From positions 62,001 through 126,000 of the IMG/VR virus record IMGVR_UViG_3300032088_001800: a stretch of DNA of 64,000 nt; one strand, written 5' to 3'. The translations under genes and the position numbers were made by a program. This document shows positions 19,700-30,360 of the stretch, piece after piece. The stretch's first letter is position 1. Each line of letters starts with the position of its first letter. Origin of the DNA: an uncultured virus (IMG/VR IMGVR_UViG_3300032088_001800) (taxonomy: Duplodnaviria > Heunggongvirae > Uroviricota > Caudoviricetes). The notes under the pieces were generated by a model that made no database searches, had not been told where the DNA came from, and worked only from the letters and a program-made list of their open reading frames with translations.

Positions 19700-22600
19700 A
19701 TGGCAGAGTTTAATTTAGAAAGATTTAAGTATAACTGGACAGGTGATTGGACACCTTTCATAAGTTATAAAAGAGATGACGTTGTAAGACATGGCGCAAA
19801 ATCATATGTATGTGTTGTAACACACACAGCTGACGCAAACTTCTACGTTGATTTAGATTACATATTACCTAATTCAAATCCACCGGTATCACAGCCAAAA
19901 TGGAAAGTAATGACAGACGGTAAATCAACATTTGTTGGTGACTGGACAATTGGTAACGAGTACAGATTAGGTGATGTTACATTATATTCAGGTACATTAT
20001 ATTATTGTGTAGTTGCGCATACTGCTGCTGAGTTTGGAGCTGAAATAACAAACTGGAGCGTGTTAGCAATAGGAAATAAATTTGTAGGACCTTGGGCTCC
20101 AACAACATATTACGGTCCAAATGCACTAGTAAAGTACAACGGTATTGTTTACAAGTGTTTAGTAGGACATTTAAGTCAAAGTGCTTTAATTGGTATTGAA
20201 GACGAATTTGGTGATGACTCAGCAGGTAAATGGGAAGTGTTCTTAGACGGTGTTGAATTTGTAGGAAATTATGCTGCTGGAACAAGGTATAGAAAAAATG
20301 ATTTAGTTAAGTATGGTAGTTCTATTTGGAAATGTACAGTAGGACACAGTGGTGCTAACCCAATTGACAACAGATACTTTAATGTAGAATTTCCAGGACA
20401 AAACACAGAAGGCGAATGGAACGCAGATAATAGTTATCAAGAAGGAGATTTAGTAAGATCCGGTGGTAACGTATACCTAGCTATTACGTCTACAACAGGT
20501 GAAAAACCAGACTTTATTGATTCAAGTTCGACTTGGTTAAAAGTTTCACACTCTAACAACTTTAGAGGCGACTGGGACGCAACTGCAACTTATTCAACAG
20601 GTGATTTAGTACGTAGGGGTGGTGAATTATTTAGATGTGTAAGAAACACACTTAATGACGGTTCGACACTTGATTATTTAGACGATAACGATTGGGAACT
20701 TGTAGTTCCGTCACAAAATTGGAAAGGTCCTTGGACACAAGACACAACTTATGGTAGAGGCGATATTGTTAACTTCTTTGGTAACACATATTATGCTTCT
20801 CAGTCACACTTATCAACAGATAACAACTTTCCGGGCGATAACGGTAGTGGATTTAACTATTGGGACTTATTAGTACAGTCTGGTAACACAGTTGGTATGA
20901 ACAATACAGGTGACTTACTAACTTATAATCTTTCACGTAGATTACAAGGTGACGGGTCAACATTTGATGTAACTAACGTACCTATCGGTGAACGTCAACA
21001 AGTACTAATGGTAGACGATAATGAAACATTAGGTTATGAATATTATTCTAAAGCATCAAACCAACTATATGTTTCACTTGACGGTATTGACGACGAAACT
21101 GATACTTTAAGAGGATCAATACATTTACCATTTAGAACAGTTAAGTATGCAGCTGAATATGCTGATAAAAACTTTAATGGCGAGCTTTGTAAAATATTTA
21201 TTAGTACAGGTAGATTTGAAGAAACCCTGCCTATTATTGTACCAAAGAATTGTGTAATTATGGGAGACGAACTTCGTTCAACAACAATTGCTGCAGGCTC
21301 ACCTGATCCTGACTTAGCAGTCGATCTTTCTTACAGAAAAACAGTTATTGCTAGATTAAGAGCAATTATGCCAAATATGCTGTCAGGAGGCGAATTTGAA
21401 AAAACTCCAGGCAATACATTTGATTTTGATAATACATTCCCTGCATCAGATTCTACAAACACTAATAACTTACAAGTGTTGCTTGATACATATGACGACT
21501 ATTTAGACTTTTACATAGGAAGTATAGGTAATGTTGCAGATACTGAAGGTAACAACGGCGCCGAAACGTCAACTGAAGTTGGTTATGCTCGCGATATTTT
21601 ATTAAACAATAGAAACTTTATAATTGGCGAAGCAACAGCTACTATGGATAACTTTAGAGCAGATGTTACAAGTGCTAATGGTTCAGAAGATTGGCTAATT
21701 GGTGCAACAGGTAACTTGACTGTAGGGTTACCTATCAAATTTGCAGATACAATTGGCGGCCTAGAAGCAAATGTACGTTACTATGTACACAGCATTATAG
21801 ATAATATTACTTTCAAAGTATCGAAGCGTGTAGGTGATGACCCAGTTGATTTAACAAGTGAAGTTAAAACAGTACAGCAATATTACGATTATAAAGCACA
21901 GCAAGTTACATTAGACATAAGTCTATTAATTGAAGCACTAAGATATGATTTATTATATCCAGGAAACTATAAAACAAAACTAGCTGCAAGATATTACACA
22001 AATGATATTTTAGGTAGTAACTTAGAAGATATGTTCTACTTTAGAGATGCAACAGGCATGAGACAATGTACTATTGAAGGTCTTAAAGGTGTACTTAATC
22101 CTCCAGGAGTATTTGAATTTTACCAACGTCCGACAGCTGGTGCTTATGCATCACTAGATCCAGGTTGGGGACCAGAAGATGAGCGTTGCTGGATTATGAC
22201 TAGATCACCTTATATACAAGGTGTAACAACATTAGGTACAGCATGTATTGGCATGAAAGTTGACGGAGCATTACACAACGGTGGTAATAAGTCAATGACA
22301 GCTAACGACTTTACACAAGTATTAAGTGATGGTATTGGAGCATGGATTGATAATAATGGTAGAGCAGAACTTGTGTCCGTATTTACATATTATAATCAAG
22401 TTGGATACTTAGCTACACAAGGCGGAGTTATACGTGCAACAAACGGTAACAACTCATATGGTAGATACGGAGCAGTAGCAGAAGGTATTGATCCAAACGA
22501 AATTTCTAAAACTGCAACAGTGTTTAACAGAAATCAAGACGCACAAGTAAGTGCAGTGTTCGCTGGCGAAGTTAGTGACTTTATTCTTAACTTAGAATAT

Positions 22601-25465
22601 AGTAACGCAGGTCAAAACTATACAAATGCCAATGTTGCATTTACTGGTTCAGGAGCACAAGCAAATGCTGTATTTGAAGATATAAGAGATGGCGGATTAT
22701 TCGAAGCAAGATTGCTTACACCACCAGATTCAGGTAGCGCCGGCGGCAGTGGATATACACTTGAAGGTAACAACGCACAAGATGGTGACGAAACTACTAT
22801 TACTCTTGCAACAGCAGATGATAATGACGCAGCAGCGTATACAGGGCAGCGAATTCTTATTACATCAGGCGTAGGTACAGGACAGTATGGATATATACAA
22901 TCTTACAATTCAGTAACAAAAGTAGCATCTGTTTATAAAGAAAGTAATGATGAGCCAGGTTGGGATCATGTTGTTGCAGGTACTGAAATTGCTAGTGAAC
23001 TTATAAGCAGTACAACATATAGAATTGAACCAAGATTAACTGTAAATGCTCCTGCCTTTACAGCAGAACAAAAATTTATTCCAGGAAACGGTAACTGGGT
23101 AGATGTTGCCTTTGGCGGCACAACTGAAACTTTCTTAGATATTGCAGGCGAATTTGGTACAGGAGAAACTACTGATGTAGTTGCACAAGTTGCTAGATTT
23201 AATGTTACAAAGACAGGACAAAGTTACGTTGTAACATTAAGAAACGGTTTTGATGGAGCAGGATATGCTGTAGGCGATACTATTACAATTGTTGGCGCAT
23301 CAGTTGGCGGTACAACACCACTTAACAATATTGTAATTACTGTCACAGAAATATCAAATGATAGTACAAACAGTATTTCAAACTTTACAACAACAGGTAT
23401 AGGTACAGAAGGACGGTTTGTATCAGTACTTAAAAGTTCACTAAGTGCAGCATATTCTAGTAATGGCGGAGACTCGTGGTCACCAGCTGACTTGCCTGAT
23501 TCAGGAGACTGGACAGCAGTAGCAGCAGGAAACAACAGATTTGTTGCAATTAGAGATGCATCAGCAAGAATGGCATATAGTTTAGATGGCATAAATTGGA
23601 CTAGAGGATTCTTACCACAAAACAGAGAATGGATAGATGTAATATATGCAAAGAATAAATTTGTTGCTATTGCAGCAAACTCTCAAGATTATGCAATATC
23701 AGAAGATGGCATAACTTGGACTGAGCAAGTATTTCCAGATGTTACTTCCGGAGGAGTTGGTGACTCAACAGCAACACAATGGCAGTCAATTACATACGGA
23801 AAAAATAAGTTTGTAGTATTATCAAATGCTGATAATGTAATTGCAACATCGCCGACAGCTGGTACAGGATCATGGACAGTTTACGAAGATGCACTTCCGG
23901 TAGTTACTGATTGGCAAAGTATTGCATACGGTAACAACCGTTATGTTGCTATATCAAGAACAAACAGTGAAGCAGCATATAGTTTTGATGGCGAAACATG
24001 GACATCAGCAACTATGCCAAAACAAGACGGATCATCACATCATAACTGGACTAAAATTAGATACGGACAAGGCATATTTTTTGCAGTAGGTGATACAGGT
24101 AGTAGAGATGTTGGACGGGACCCGACTTTTGGTGAAACTACATTTGCAGCAACATCTGAAGATGGAATTATATGGACCAACAGAGAACTACCAAGCCCAA
24201 GACAAAAATATAGATCATGTGCATTTGGTTCGTTTGAAGGCAGAGGCAGATGGATGCTAACAGCTGAGAATGACATTGGTGACGGAACATGTAGAGTGTT
24301 TACTGGTTGTAGAGCAAAATTGAGAGCTAATATTAATACTGGTGTGTTTAGTGAAATTAAAGTTTGGGATCCAGGTAGTGGGTATACAGCAGAAGATCCT
24401 GCTGTAATAACAATAGTTGATAACGCATTTTCAGTTGCAGTATTAACAGAAAACAGAATAGGCAACGGCGTTCTTGCACAACCTAGCTTTGTATTTAGAG
24501 GTTTTGGATATAGAACATCTAGCACACGAGCAAACATAAGTGGTGACGGTTTTGCAGATATTATTCCAATTGGTGCAGATATAGTTGTAGATAATTTAGA
24601 CGTATATCCAGGACCAGGTGCACAGTTCTTGTTTGCAAGTATTCCAGACTTAGACACTGCTAACGAAGACGACTTAAAGATTTTCACAGTACAGCAGATA
24701 ACACCACTTGGTGCTGATGATAATGGAAAATTAAAAGCAGGAATAAAACTTACACCTATTATAGAAAACTTAGACAGTCTTCAAAACGCTACTGTAATAA
24801 CAATACGTGAACGTTATTCACAGTGTCGTATTTCAGGACACGACTTCTTAGATATCGGAACAGGAAACTTTATAATAACAAACTATCCAGATGTTTATTC
24901 AGACGGTGCTTACTTTGTTGCTGCACCTGAAAACGAAGTACAAGAAGAAAACGGTGGACGAGTGTTCTATACAAGTACAGACCAAGATGGTAACTTTAGA
25001 GCAGGTGAGTTGTTTAGTGTGCAACAGGCAACAGGTATTGTTACAATTAGTGCTGAGTTCTTTGACTTAGATGGGTTGAGTGAATTAGCACTAGGCGGAG
25101 TTAGACTTGGTGGTTCGGGTGCTGTTGTTAGAGAATTCTCAACAGATCCAAACTTTACTGAAGATAGTAACAACGTTGTTCCGACACAACGAGCAATAGC
25201 AACATTCTTGCAAAACAGACTTAGCCAAGGTGGTAGTGCTCTTGAAACAGGAACACTTATTGCAGGTGTTACACGTCTAGGTAACAAAGGAACAGAGGAC
25301 CAGTATATTGACACTACAACTGGTATTGAAATATTATTACCGAGAAGAATGGTAATTGATAAAGGAGCAGAGATTAGCGGAACAATAGTTAAGCAAATGA
25401 TCATTCTAAGCGAAAGCGGAAATGACTTTAGCATTGACAATGACTTTAGTGACGGTAGTTTTTAA
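19700..25465 (+). CDS. Giant tail protein: N-terminal Trp/Tyr (CBM5/12-like) repeats, beta-helix region, BNR-like beta-propeller
   Basis: Repeats G.W.....Y...D.V.YGG..Y.C...H; S.DG..W / W..IAYGNN.FVA propeller repeats. Confidence 0.75.
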   Translation: MAEFNLERFKYNWTGDWTPFISYKRDDVVRHGAKSYVCVVTHTADANFYVDLDYILPNSNPPVSQPKWKVMTDGKSTFVGDWTIGNEYRLGDVTLYSGTLYYCVVAHTAAEFGAEITNWSVLAIGNKFVGPWAPTTYYGPNALVKYNGIVYKCLVGHLSQSALIGIEDEFGDDSAGKWEVFLDGVEFVGNYAAGTRYRKNDLVKYGSSIWKCTVGHSGANPIDNRYFNVEFPGQNTEGEWNADNSYQEGDLVRSGGNVYLAITSTTGEKPDFIDSSSTWLKVSHSNNFRGDWDATATYSTGDLVRRGGELFRCVRNTLNDGSTLDYLDDNDWELVVPSQNWKGPWTQDTTYGRGDIVNFFGNTYYASQSHLSTDNNFPGDNGSGFNYWDLLVQSGNTVGMNNTGDLLTYNLSRRLQGDGSTFDVTNVPIGERQQVLMVDDNETLGYEYYSKASNQLYVSLDGIDDETDTLRGSIHLPFRTVKYAAEYADKNFNGELCKIFISTGRFEETLPIIVPKNCVIMGDELRSTTIAAGSPDPDLAVDLSYRKTVIARLRAIMPNMLSGGEFEKTPGNTFDFDNTFPASDSTNTNNLQVLLDTYDDYLDFYIGSIGNVADTEGNNGAETSTEVGYARDILLNNRNFIIGEATATMDNFRADVTSANGSEDWLIGATGNLTVGLPIKFADTIGGLEANVRYYVHSIIDNITFKVSKRVGDDPVDLTSEVKTVQQYYDYKAQQVTLDISLLIEALRYDLLYPGNYKTKLAARYYTNDILGSNLEDMFYFRDATGMRQCTIEGLKGVLNPPGVFEFYQRPTAGAYASLDPGWGPEDERCWIMTRSPYIQGVTTLGTACIGMKVDGALHNGGNKSMTANDFTQVLSDGIGAWIDNNGRAELVSVFTYYNQVGYLATQGGVIRATNGNNSYGRYGAVAEGIDPNEISKTATVFNRNQDAQVSAVFAGEVSDFILNLEYSNAGQNYTNANVAFTGSGAQANAVFEDIRDGGLFEARLLTPPDSGSAGGSGYTLEGNNAQDGDETTITLATADDNDAAAYTGQRILITSGVGTGQYGYIQSYNSVTKVASVYKESNDEPGWDHVVAGTEIASELISSTTYRIEPRLTVNAPAFTAEQKFIPGNGNWVDVAFGGTTETFLDIAGEFGTGETTDVVAQVARFNVTKTGQSYVVTLRNGFDGAGYAVGDTITIVGASVGGTTPLNNIVITVTEISNDSTNSISNFTTTGIGTEGRFVSVLKSSLSAAYSSNGGDSWSPADLPDSGDWTAVAAGNNRFVAIRDASARMAYSLDGINWTRGFLPQNREWIDVIYAKNKFVAIAANSQDYAISEDGITWTEQVFPDVTSGGVGDSTATQWQSITYGKNKFVVLSNADNVIATSPTAGTGSWTVYEDALPVVTDWQSIAYGNNRYVAISRTNSEAAYSFDGETWTSATMPKQDGSSHHNWTKIRYGQGIFFAVGDTGSRDVGRDPTFGETTFAATSEDGIIWTNRELPSPRQKYRSCAFGSFEGRGRWMLTAENDIGDGTCRVFTGCRAKLRANINTGVFSEIKVWDPGSGYTAEDPAVITIVDNAFSVAVLTENRIGNGVLAQPSFVFRGFGYRTSSTRANISGDGFADIIPIGADIVVDNLDVYPGPGAQFLFASIPDLDTANEDDLKIFTVQQITPLGADDNGKLKAGIKLTPIIENLDSLQNATVITIRERYSQCRISGHDFLDIGTGNFIITNYPDVYSDGAYFVAAPENEVQEENGGRVFYTSTDQDGNFRAGELFSVQQATGIVTISAEFFDLDGLSELALGGVRLGGSGAVVREFSTDPNFTEDSNNVVPTQRAIATFLQNRLSQGGSALETGTLIAGVTRLGNKGTEDQYIDTTTGIEILLPRRMVIDKGAEISGTIVKQMIILSESGNDFSIDNDFSDGSF

Positions 25466-25492
25466 GGAAAAATGAGCAATCAACATATTAGG

Positions 25493-25499
25493 ATAAATA
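25493..25499 (+). promoter_or_regulatory. Late promoter ATAAATA
   Basis: Intergenic, followed by GGAG SD and ATG 25518. Confidence 0.7.
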
Positions 25500-25517
25500 C
25501 TTTGAGCGGAGTAGAAA

Positions 25518-27542
25518 ATGGCAGAATTTAAACTAGGTAGAATTAGGTTTGTCTGGAAAAACAATTGGACAACCAGTACCACATACTATAAAGACGATGT
25601 TGTCTTTAACGGCGGCAGAATGTATATTTGTGTCATTGGACACGAAAGTCAGGCAAACTTTTATAGTGACTTTGACGTTGTTCCGCCAAAATGGAATATT
25701 GTCAGTGATGGATTTCAGTGGAAAGGTGACTGGTCAACAGGCACAGCATACATCTTTAATGACATTGTAAAATACGGCGCCCGCTTGTATGTAGCAACAG
25801 CAGTACATACATCACAAGCATCTGCTGATGACGGATTAGAAGCTGATATTGGAAACTGGGATGTCTTTGGCGAAGGCTTAGACTTCAAAAGTACATGGTC
25901 AGTAAGCACAAAATATAAAATAAACGACCTAGTTAAATATGGTGGCTATTCATATGTATGTATTACTCCACATACATCGTCAGCAACAGCATCGCTTGGT
26001 TTAGAAGCAGATCAATCTAAATGGTCCGTTCTTAATGCAGGTATTGAATACAAAGGTAACTGGCAAGGTTCTGCAACAAGATATAAAATAAATGATGTTG
26101 TTAAGTACGGTGCAAGTCTTTGGCTTGCAACAACTGCTCATTCAAGTACTAATAACTTTTCAACAGATGAGTCAAATTGGACACAGTTTGTTCAAGGTTT
26201 CCAATTTGAAGATGATTGGGATACTTACAAAGTTTACCAAAAAGGTGATGTTGTTAGATACGGTGGTAATCAGTATGTAGCATTAGAAAACCATACAGGA
26301 TCACGTCCAACAGATGAAACAGATGATCCTAATAACTGGCAGCTATTTACAGAAAACTTTAGATTCTTAAACGCTTGGGGCGAAGACTCAACTAACCAAG
26401 ATTATAAAGTTGGTGAAGTTGTTAAGCACGGCGGATACACATACTTGTGTATTAAAGACAGTAATAACAATGAACCACCAGACGCAACATATTGGACAAG
26501 ACTAAACAGTGGCTTTAATTGGAAGGGCGCATGGGTAGATGATTCACGTTATATATTAGGTGATGTAGTACGTTACGGATCAAGCAGTTATGTTTGTGTA
26601 AATGCACACTGGTCAGAAGGTGATGACTTTTCAACAGTACAAGTTGGCGCAGGCGGAGGCGGAAATGAAAATTCACGTCCAGACCTAGACGCAACAGGTA
26701 CATACTGGAACGTTCTAACAGTTGGTAGTGAAGCAGAATTCCTAACTACAAAAGGCGACTTGGTTTATTACGGCGGTGCAGGTCCAACAAGATTACCAGT
26801 AGGCAGCGAAGGACAAGTATTACGTGTAAGCGACGGAGCAATTCCAGAATGGTCATACTTGGGCGCAACAGACGATGTTTACTATGTTGCACCACATGGT
26901 GTTGATAAGCCTGCTCCAGATGCAGGACGCACAATTGATAAGCCTTTCAAAACTATTAGATATGCATGTGAAGCAATTGAAAATGGATCAAGAGTTCCAG
27001 CAGTTGCACGTATGTTAGAATTAAACAGACAATTTATAACAAGAGAAATTGTTGAGTGGACAGATTATCAAGTAACAAATGACATTGCTCCTTTCACAGC
27101 AGCATTTACATATGCACAAGAAAAATGTGAAAGAGATATGGGTTTCATTGTTGACGCCTTTATATATGATTTAACACATGGCGGAAATGTAAAATCAAGA
27201 GAAGCAGCATTACGTTATGTAAGAGATCCAGGAAAATTTTATGCACTTGGTCAAGAAGCAGAAACTGTAGCTAGTATTAACTACGGCATTGCATTGATAC
27301 AAAAAGTGCTTCTAGGTGAAGCACCAGCAGTAAATTACCAAACAACAAACGGTGATAATTCAACAGCAGTAGTTGCACAGTATTTTGATACTAACTTTAC
27401 TAGCTTAGATACACTAGAATATAACGGAGCCGGAGGCTCTACAGGAACAGCATTGGGCGTTAACGCATCTATCCAAGATCCAGATGCAACTGGTAGTGGC
27501 GGCTACGGCGGTGGCGACAATGACGGCGGAGGATACTACTAA
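25518..27542 (+). CDS. Tail protein; N-terminal half of a split paralog of 19700 (Trp/Tyr repeats plus first phycobiliprotein-like repeat)
   Basis: MAEFKLGRIRFVWK vs MAEFNLERFKYNWT; same repeats; ends in a Gly-rich tail. Confidence 0.75.
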   Translation: MAEFKLGRIRFVWKNNWTTSTTYYKDDVVFNGGRMYICVIGHESQANFYSDFDVVPPKWNIVSDGFQWKGDWSTGTAYIFNDIVKYGARLYVATAVHTSQASADDGLEADIGNWDVFGEGLDFKSTWSVSTKYKINDLVKYGGYSYVCITPHTSSATASLGLEADQSKWSVLNAGIEYKGNWQGSATRYKINDVVKYGASLWLATTAHSSTNNFSTDESNWTQFVQGFQFEDDWDTYKVYQKGDVVRYGGNQYVALENHTGSRPTDETDDPNNWQLFTENFRFLNAWGEDSTNQDYKVGEVVKHGGYTYLCIKDSNNNEPPDATYWTRLNSGFNWKGAWVDDSRYILGDVVRYGSSSYVCVNAHWSEGDDFSTVQVGAGGGGNENSRPDLDATGTYWNVLTVGSEAEFLTTKGDLVYYGGAGPTRLPVGSEGQVLRVSDGAIPEWSYLGATDDVYYVAPHGVDKPAPDAGRTIDKPFKTIRYACEAIENGSRVPAVARMLELNRQFITREIVEWTDYQVTNDIAPFTAAFTYAQEKCERDMGFIVDAFIYDLTHGGNVKSREAALRYVRDPGKFYALGQEAETVASINYGIALIQKVLLGEAPAVNYQTTNGDNSTAVVAQYFDTNFTSLDTLEYNGAGGSTGTALGVNASIQDPDATGSGGYGGGDNDGGGYY

Positions 27543-30360
27543 TGGCTACAGTATTTGAAAGAGTACAATCGCTCGGTGAAATAATTACCGATGCAGTAAC
27601 AGCAGGTGTGGATACTAATGTACCACCCAGAGAAATTAGGAACAGTTTAGTAAAAGTAGCAACAGGTACTTATACTGAAGTGCTTCCGATACGTGTTCCA
27701 GCAGAAACATGTATTATAGGTGACGAATTACGTTCAACTAACGTACAACCTAGAAAAGCAACAAACGCTACACTAACTCCTAGAAAGGACTTTAGATTTA
27801 GCCATCATGCATTAAACAGACTTACTGAAATTATTGGTGATGTTGTAGACGGTACCTCCGTAACGCCAACATCAGGAAATAACGTAACTCAGTTTGCACA
27901 ATTTCCATTAGGTCAGCCTGCAGAAAGAGATTCTGCAGAAATGCTTTCAAAAATACTAATAAGAAATATTGACTCTTCATTACAAACACAGCTAGGAAGA
28001 GAAATTCCAGCAAGTGCTTCAACAGATGGAGATTTTCAAAAAGCAGCTGACATGATTAGTACAAACAAAGAGTTTATACAACAAGAAGTTATTGCTTACA
28101 TTAAAGACCAGTATCCAAACTTAGATTATAGTAGAACATCATGCAAAAAAGATGTTGCATTTATTTCAGATGCAGTTGTATACGACTTAGTATATACAGG
28201 TAACTGGCAAAGTATTCAAGCAGGTCTTGCATATTATGACGGTAGTACAGGTAATCTACAAATTGATAGTGAAGAAAAAACAGCAACTATTGCTGCATAT
28301 ACACACTTAAAAGATGTATTAAAGCAAATAGGTAGAAGTACAGCAGTTAGTCCACAGTACTCAACAGGTGGCGCAGCTCAGTTCTTAGGCGATGGCGGCT
28401 CAGTTGCAGCGTCAACAGCTATTGACGGCTTAGTAGATGATATTATTACAATAATTAATCTAGGACCTGACAATGCTCCAACAATCACATATCCAAATGT
28501 AGCAGGCGTTGCAGCAGGACTTACAGGTGCTTCAACAACATTACTTACAAAGTATACAGATATTAAAGAAGGTGCTATTGACTTTATAAGCAAAAACTTT
28601 GGTAGCTTTAGATATAATGCTACAACTTGTCGTAGAGACTTAGGACGCATACTTACAGACGTTGCACTAGACGTTGCATTAGGTACAAACTATAATGCAG
28701 TGTTCAACGGTATTTCATATACACGCCCTGTAAATGCATATAACTTGCAAACACAGCGTACAGAAACTTCAGGTGCTATTAGATTTGCAAAAGGTCAAGC
28801 AGGCGCAGCATTAACTGATTCAACTGCACTTAGTAGAAGTAACGCAGCATTTGATGAAATATTAGATATCTTAGACAATAGTTCAATTTACACAACTGGA
28901 GCAGTACCAGGTGACGGACTTGCAGATGCACTAAGTTTACCAACAGGATTAAGTTCAGCAGATCAAACAAATGCTGCTGCACAGCTAGATGCTAACAGAG
29001 TGTTTATTGCAGCTGACGTTAATGCTTATGTAGCAGCTACATATCCATCATTAACATATGACGCAGCAAAATGTGCAAGAGATGTAGGATATATATTAGA
29101 TGCTTTAAGATATGATATATTATATGGCGGAAACAGTGCTTCAATAAGAATTGCTCAATCATACTTTGGTAGTACAGGTGCAGCTTACCCAGCAGGTCAA
29201 ATTACTGAAACAGCAGCAGCTTATACACATATGAAAAGTATCTTAGATGATATCATTGAAGAAACATCTATTACTCCGCAAACAGGTAATACTGAAACAC
29301 AAAACACTGCAGGAACAGCAGGTACTGGTACAGAATCTACTACTGCTCAAAATAATTTACAAGTTACAATTGATGCAATTACAGCAGGTAACACAGATAG
29401 TTTACCTACAACAGTATTTCCAGACTTAGCTACACTAGGTGTTAGTGGAACATTACAAACTGAGAAAGCTGCTATAGATACAGCACAGCCTACTATTATA
29501 CTTGATACAATACAGTATATTAATACAACATACAGTGACTTTAAATACAACCAAGCTAAGTGTATGAGAGATATTGGATTGATTCTTGATGCTGCTCGTT
29601 ACGATTGGCAGCTAGGATCTAACTTTGCAGGTATGGTTGCAGCAATGAGTTATTTGCGTAGGCCAAGTGCAAAAGTTAGAGATGAACAAAAAGCAGCTTC
29701 ACTAGCATCATTTAAATATGCAAAAGAACAAGCAAAATTAAATGTAGGTGGTGATGCAACAGCTATTGCAGGATTAGAAACTACATTTGAATGGATTGAT
29801 AATGTATTATTTGGTGGTTCAAACGAAGGTTCAAATAGACAAACTGATGAATTTAATGTATATGCAGCAAGACGTCAATTAGAACTTAATAAAGAATTTA
29901 TTAAAGAAGAACTAACAACTAAAGTTAACAACTTCTTTAAAGGTACAAGTAGTGAAATTGGCGCAGCAAACATAATTACAATTTCAAGTACTAACTGGTT
30001 GCACTTAGGTATGGAAATTAAGTTTGATAGTATACTTACAGGTGTTCCTGAAATAGTCGAAGGTCAAACTTACTATGTACGTACAATTGTTGACGGTACA
30101 CACTTTACAATATCAGAAGCATACGGCGGCGCCGAACTTACACTTAATCAAAGTACTACAGGTACAATGAATATACTTCCAGTATACGAATACAACGCAA
30201 CATTATGTAAACGTGATATTGATTCATATATTGACGCAATTAAAGAAGATATGACATGGCCAGCTAATTATCGTAGAGATTATACAGATAGTATTTCTTG
30301 TGTATATCCAGGTATATATAAAACACGTTATGCAGCTAGATACTATGTAAATAGTGTAAT
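27000..30360 (+). repeat. Six protein-level helical repeats with Y-x4-C-x-[RK]-D, phycobiliprotein/globin-like
   Basis: Cys codons at 27126, 28142, 28628, 29072, 29561, 30206; spacings within the second ORF are 162, 148, 163 and 215 aa. Confidence 0.7.

Noticed and set aside
27380..27545. Programmed frameshift or gene-60-like ribosomal bypass joining the split tail ORFs
   Set aside because: No slippery heptamer or obvious take-off hairpin seen; a good SD and TAATG overlap explain reinitiation
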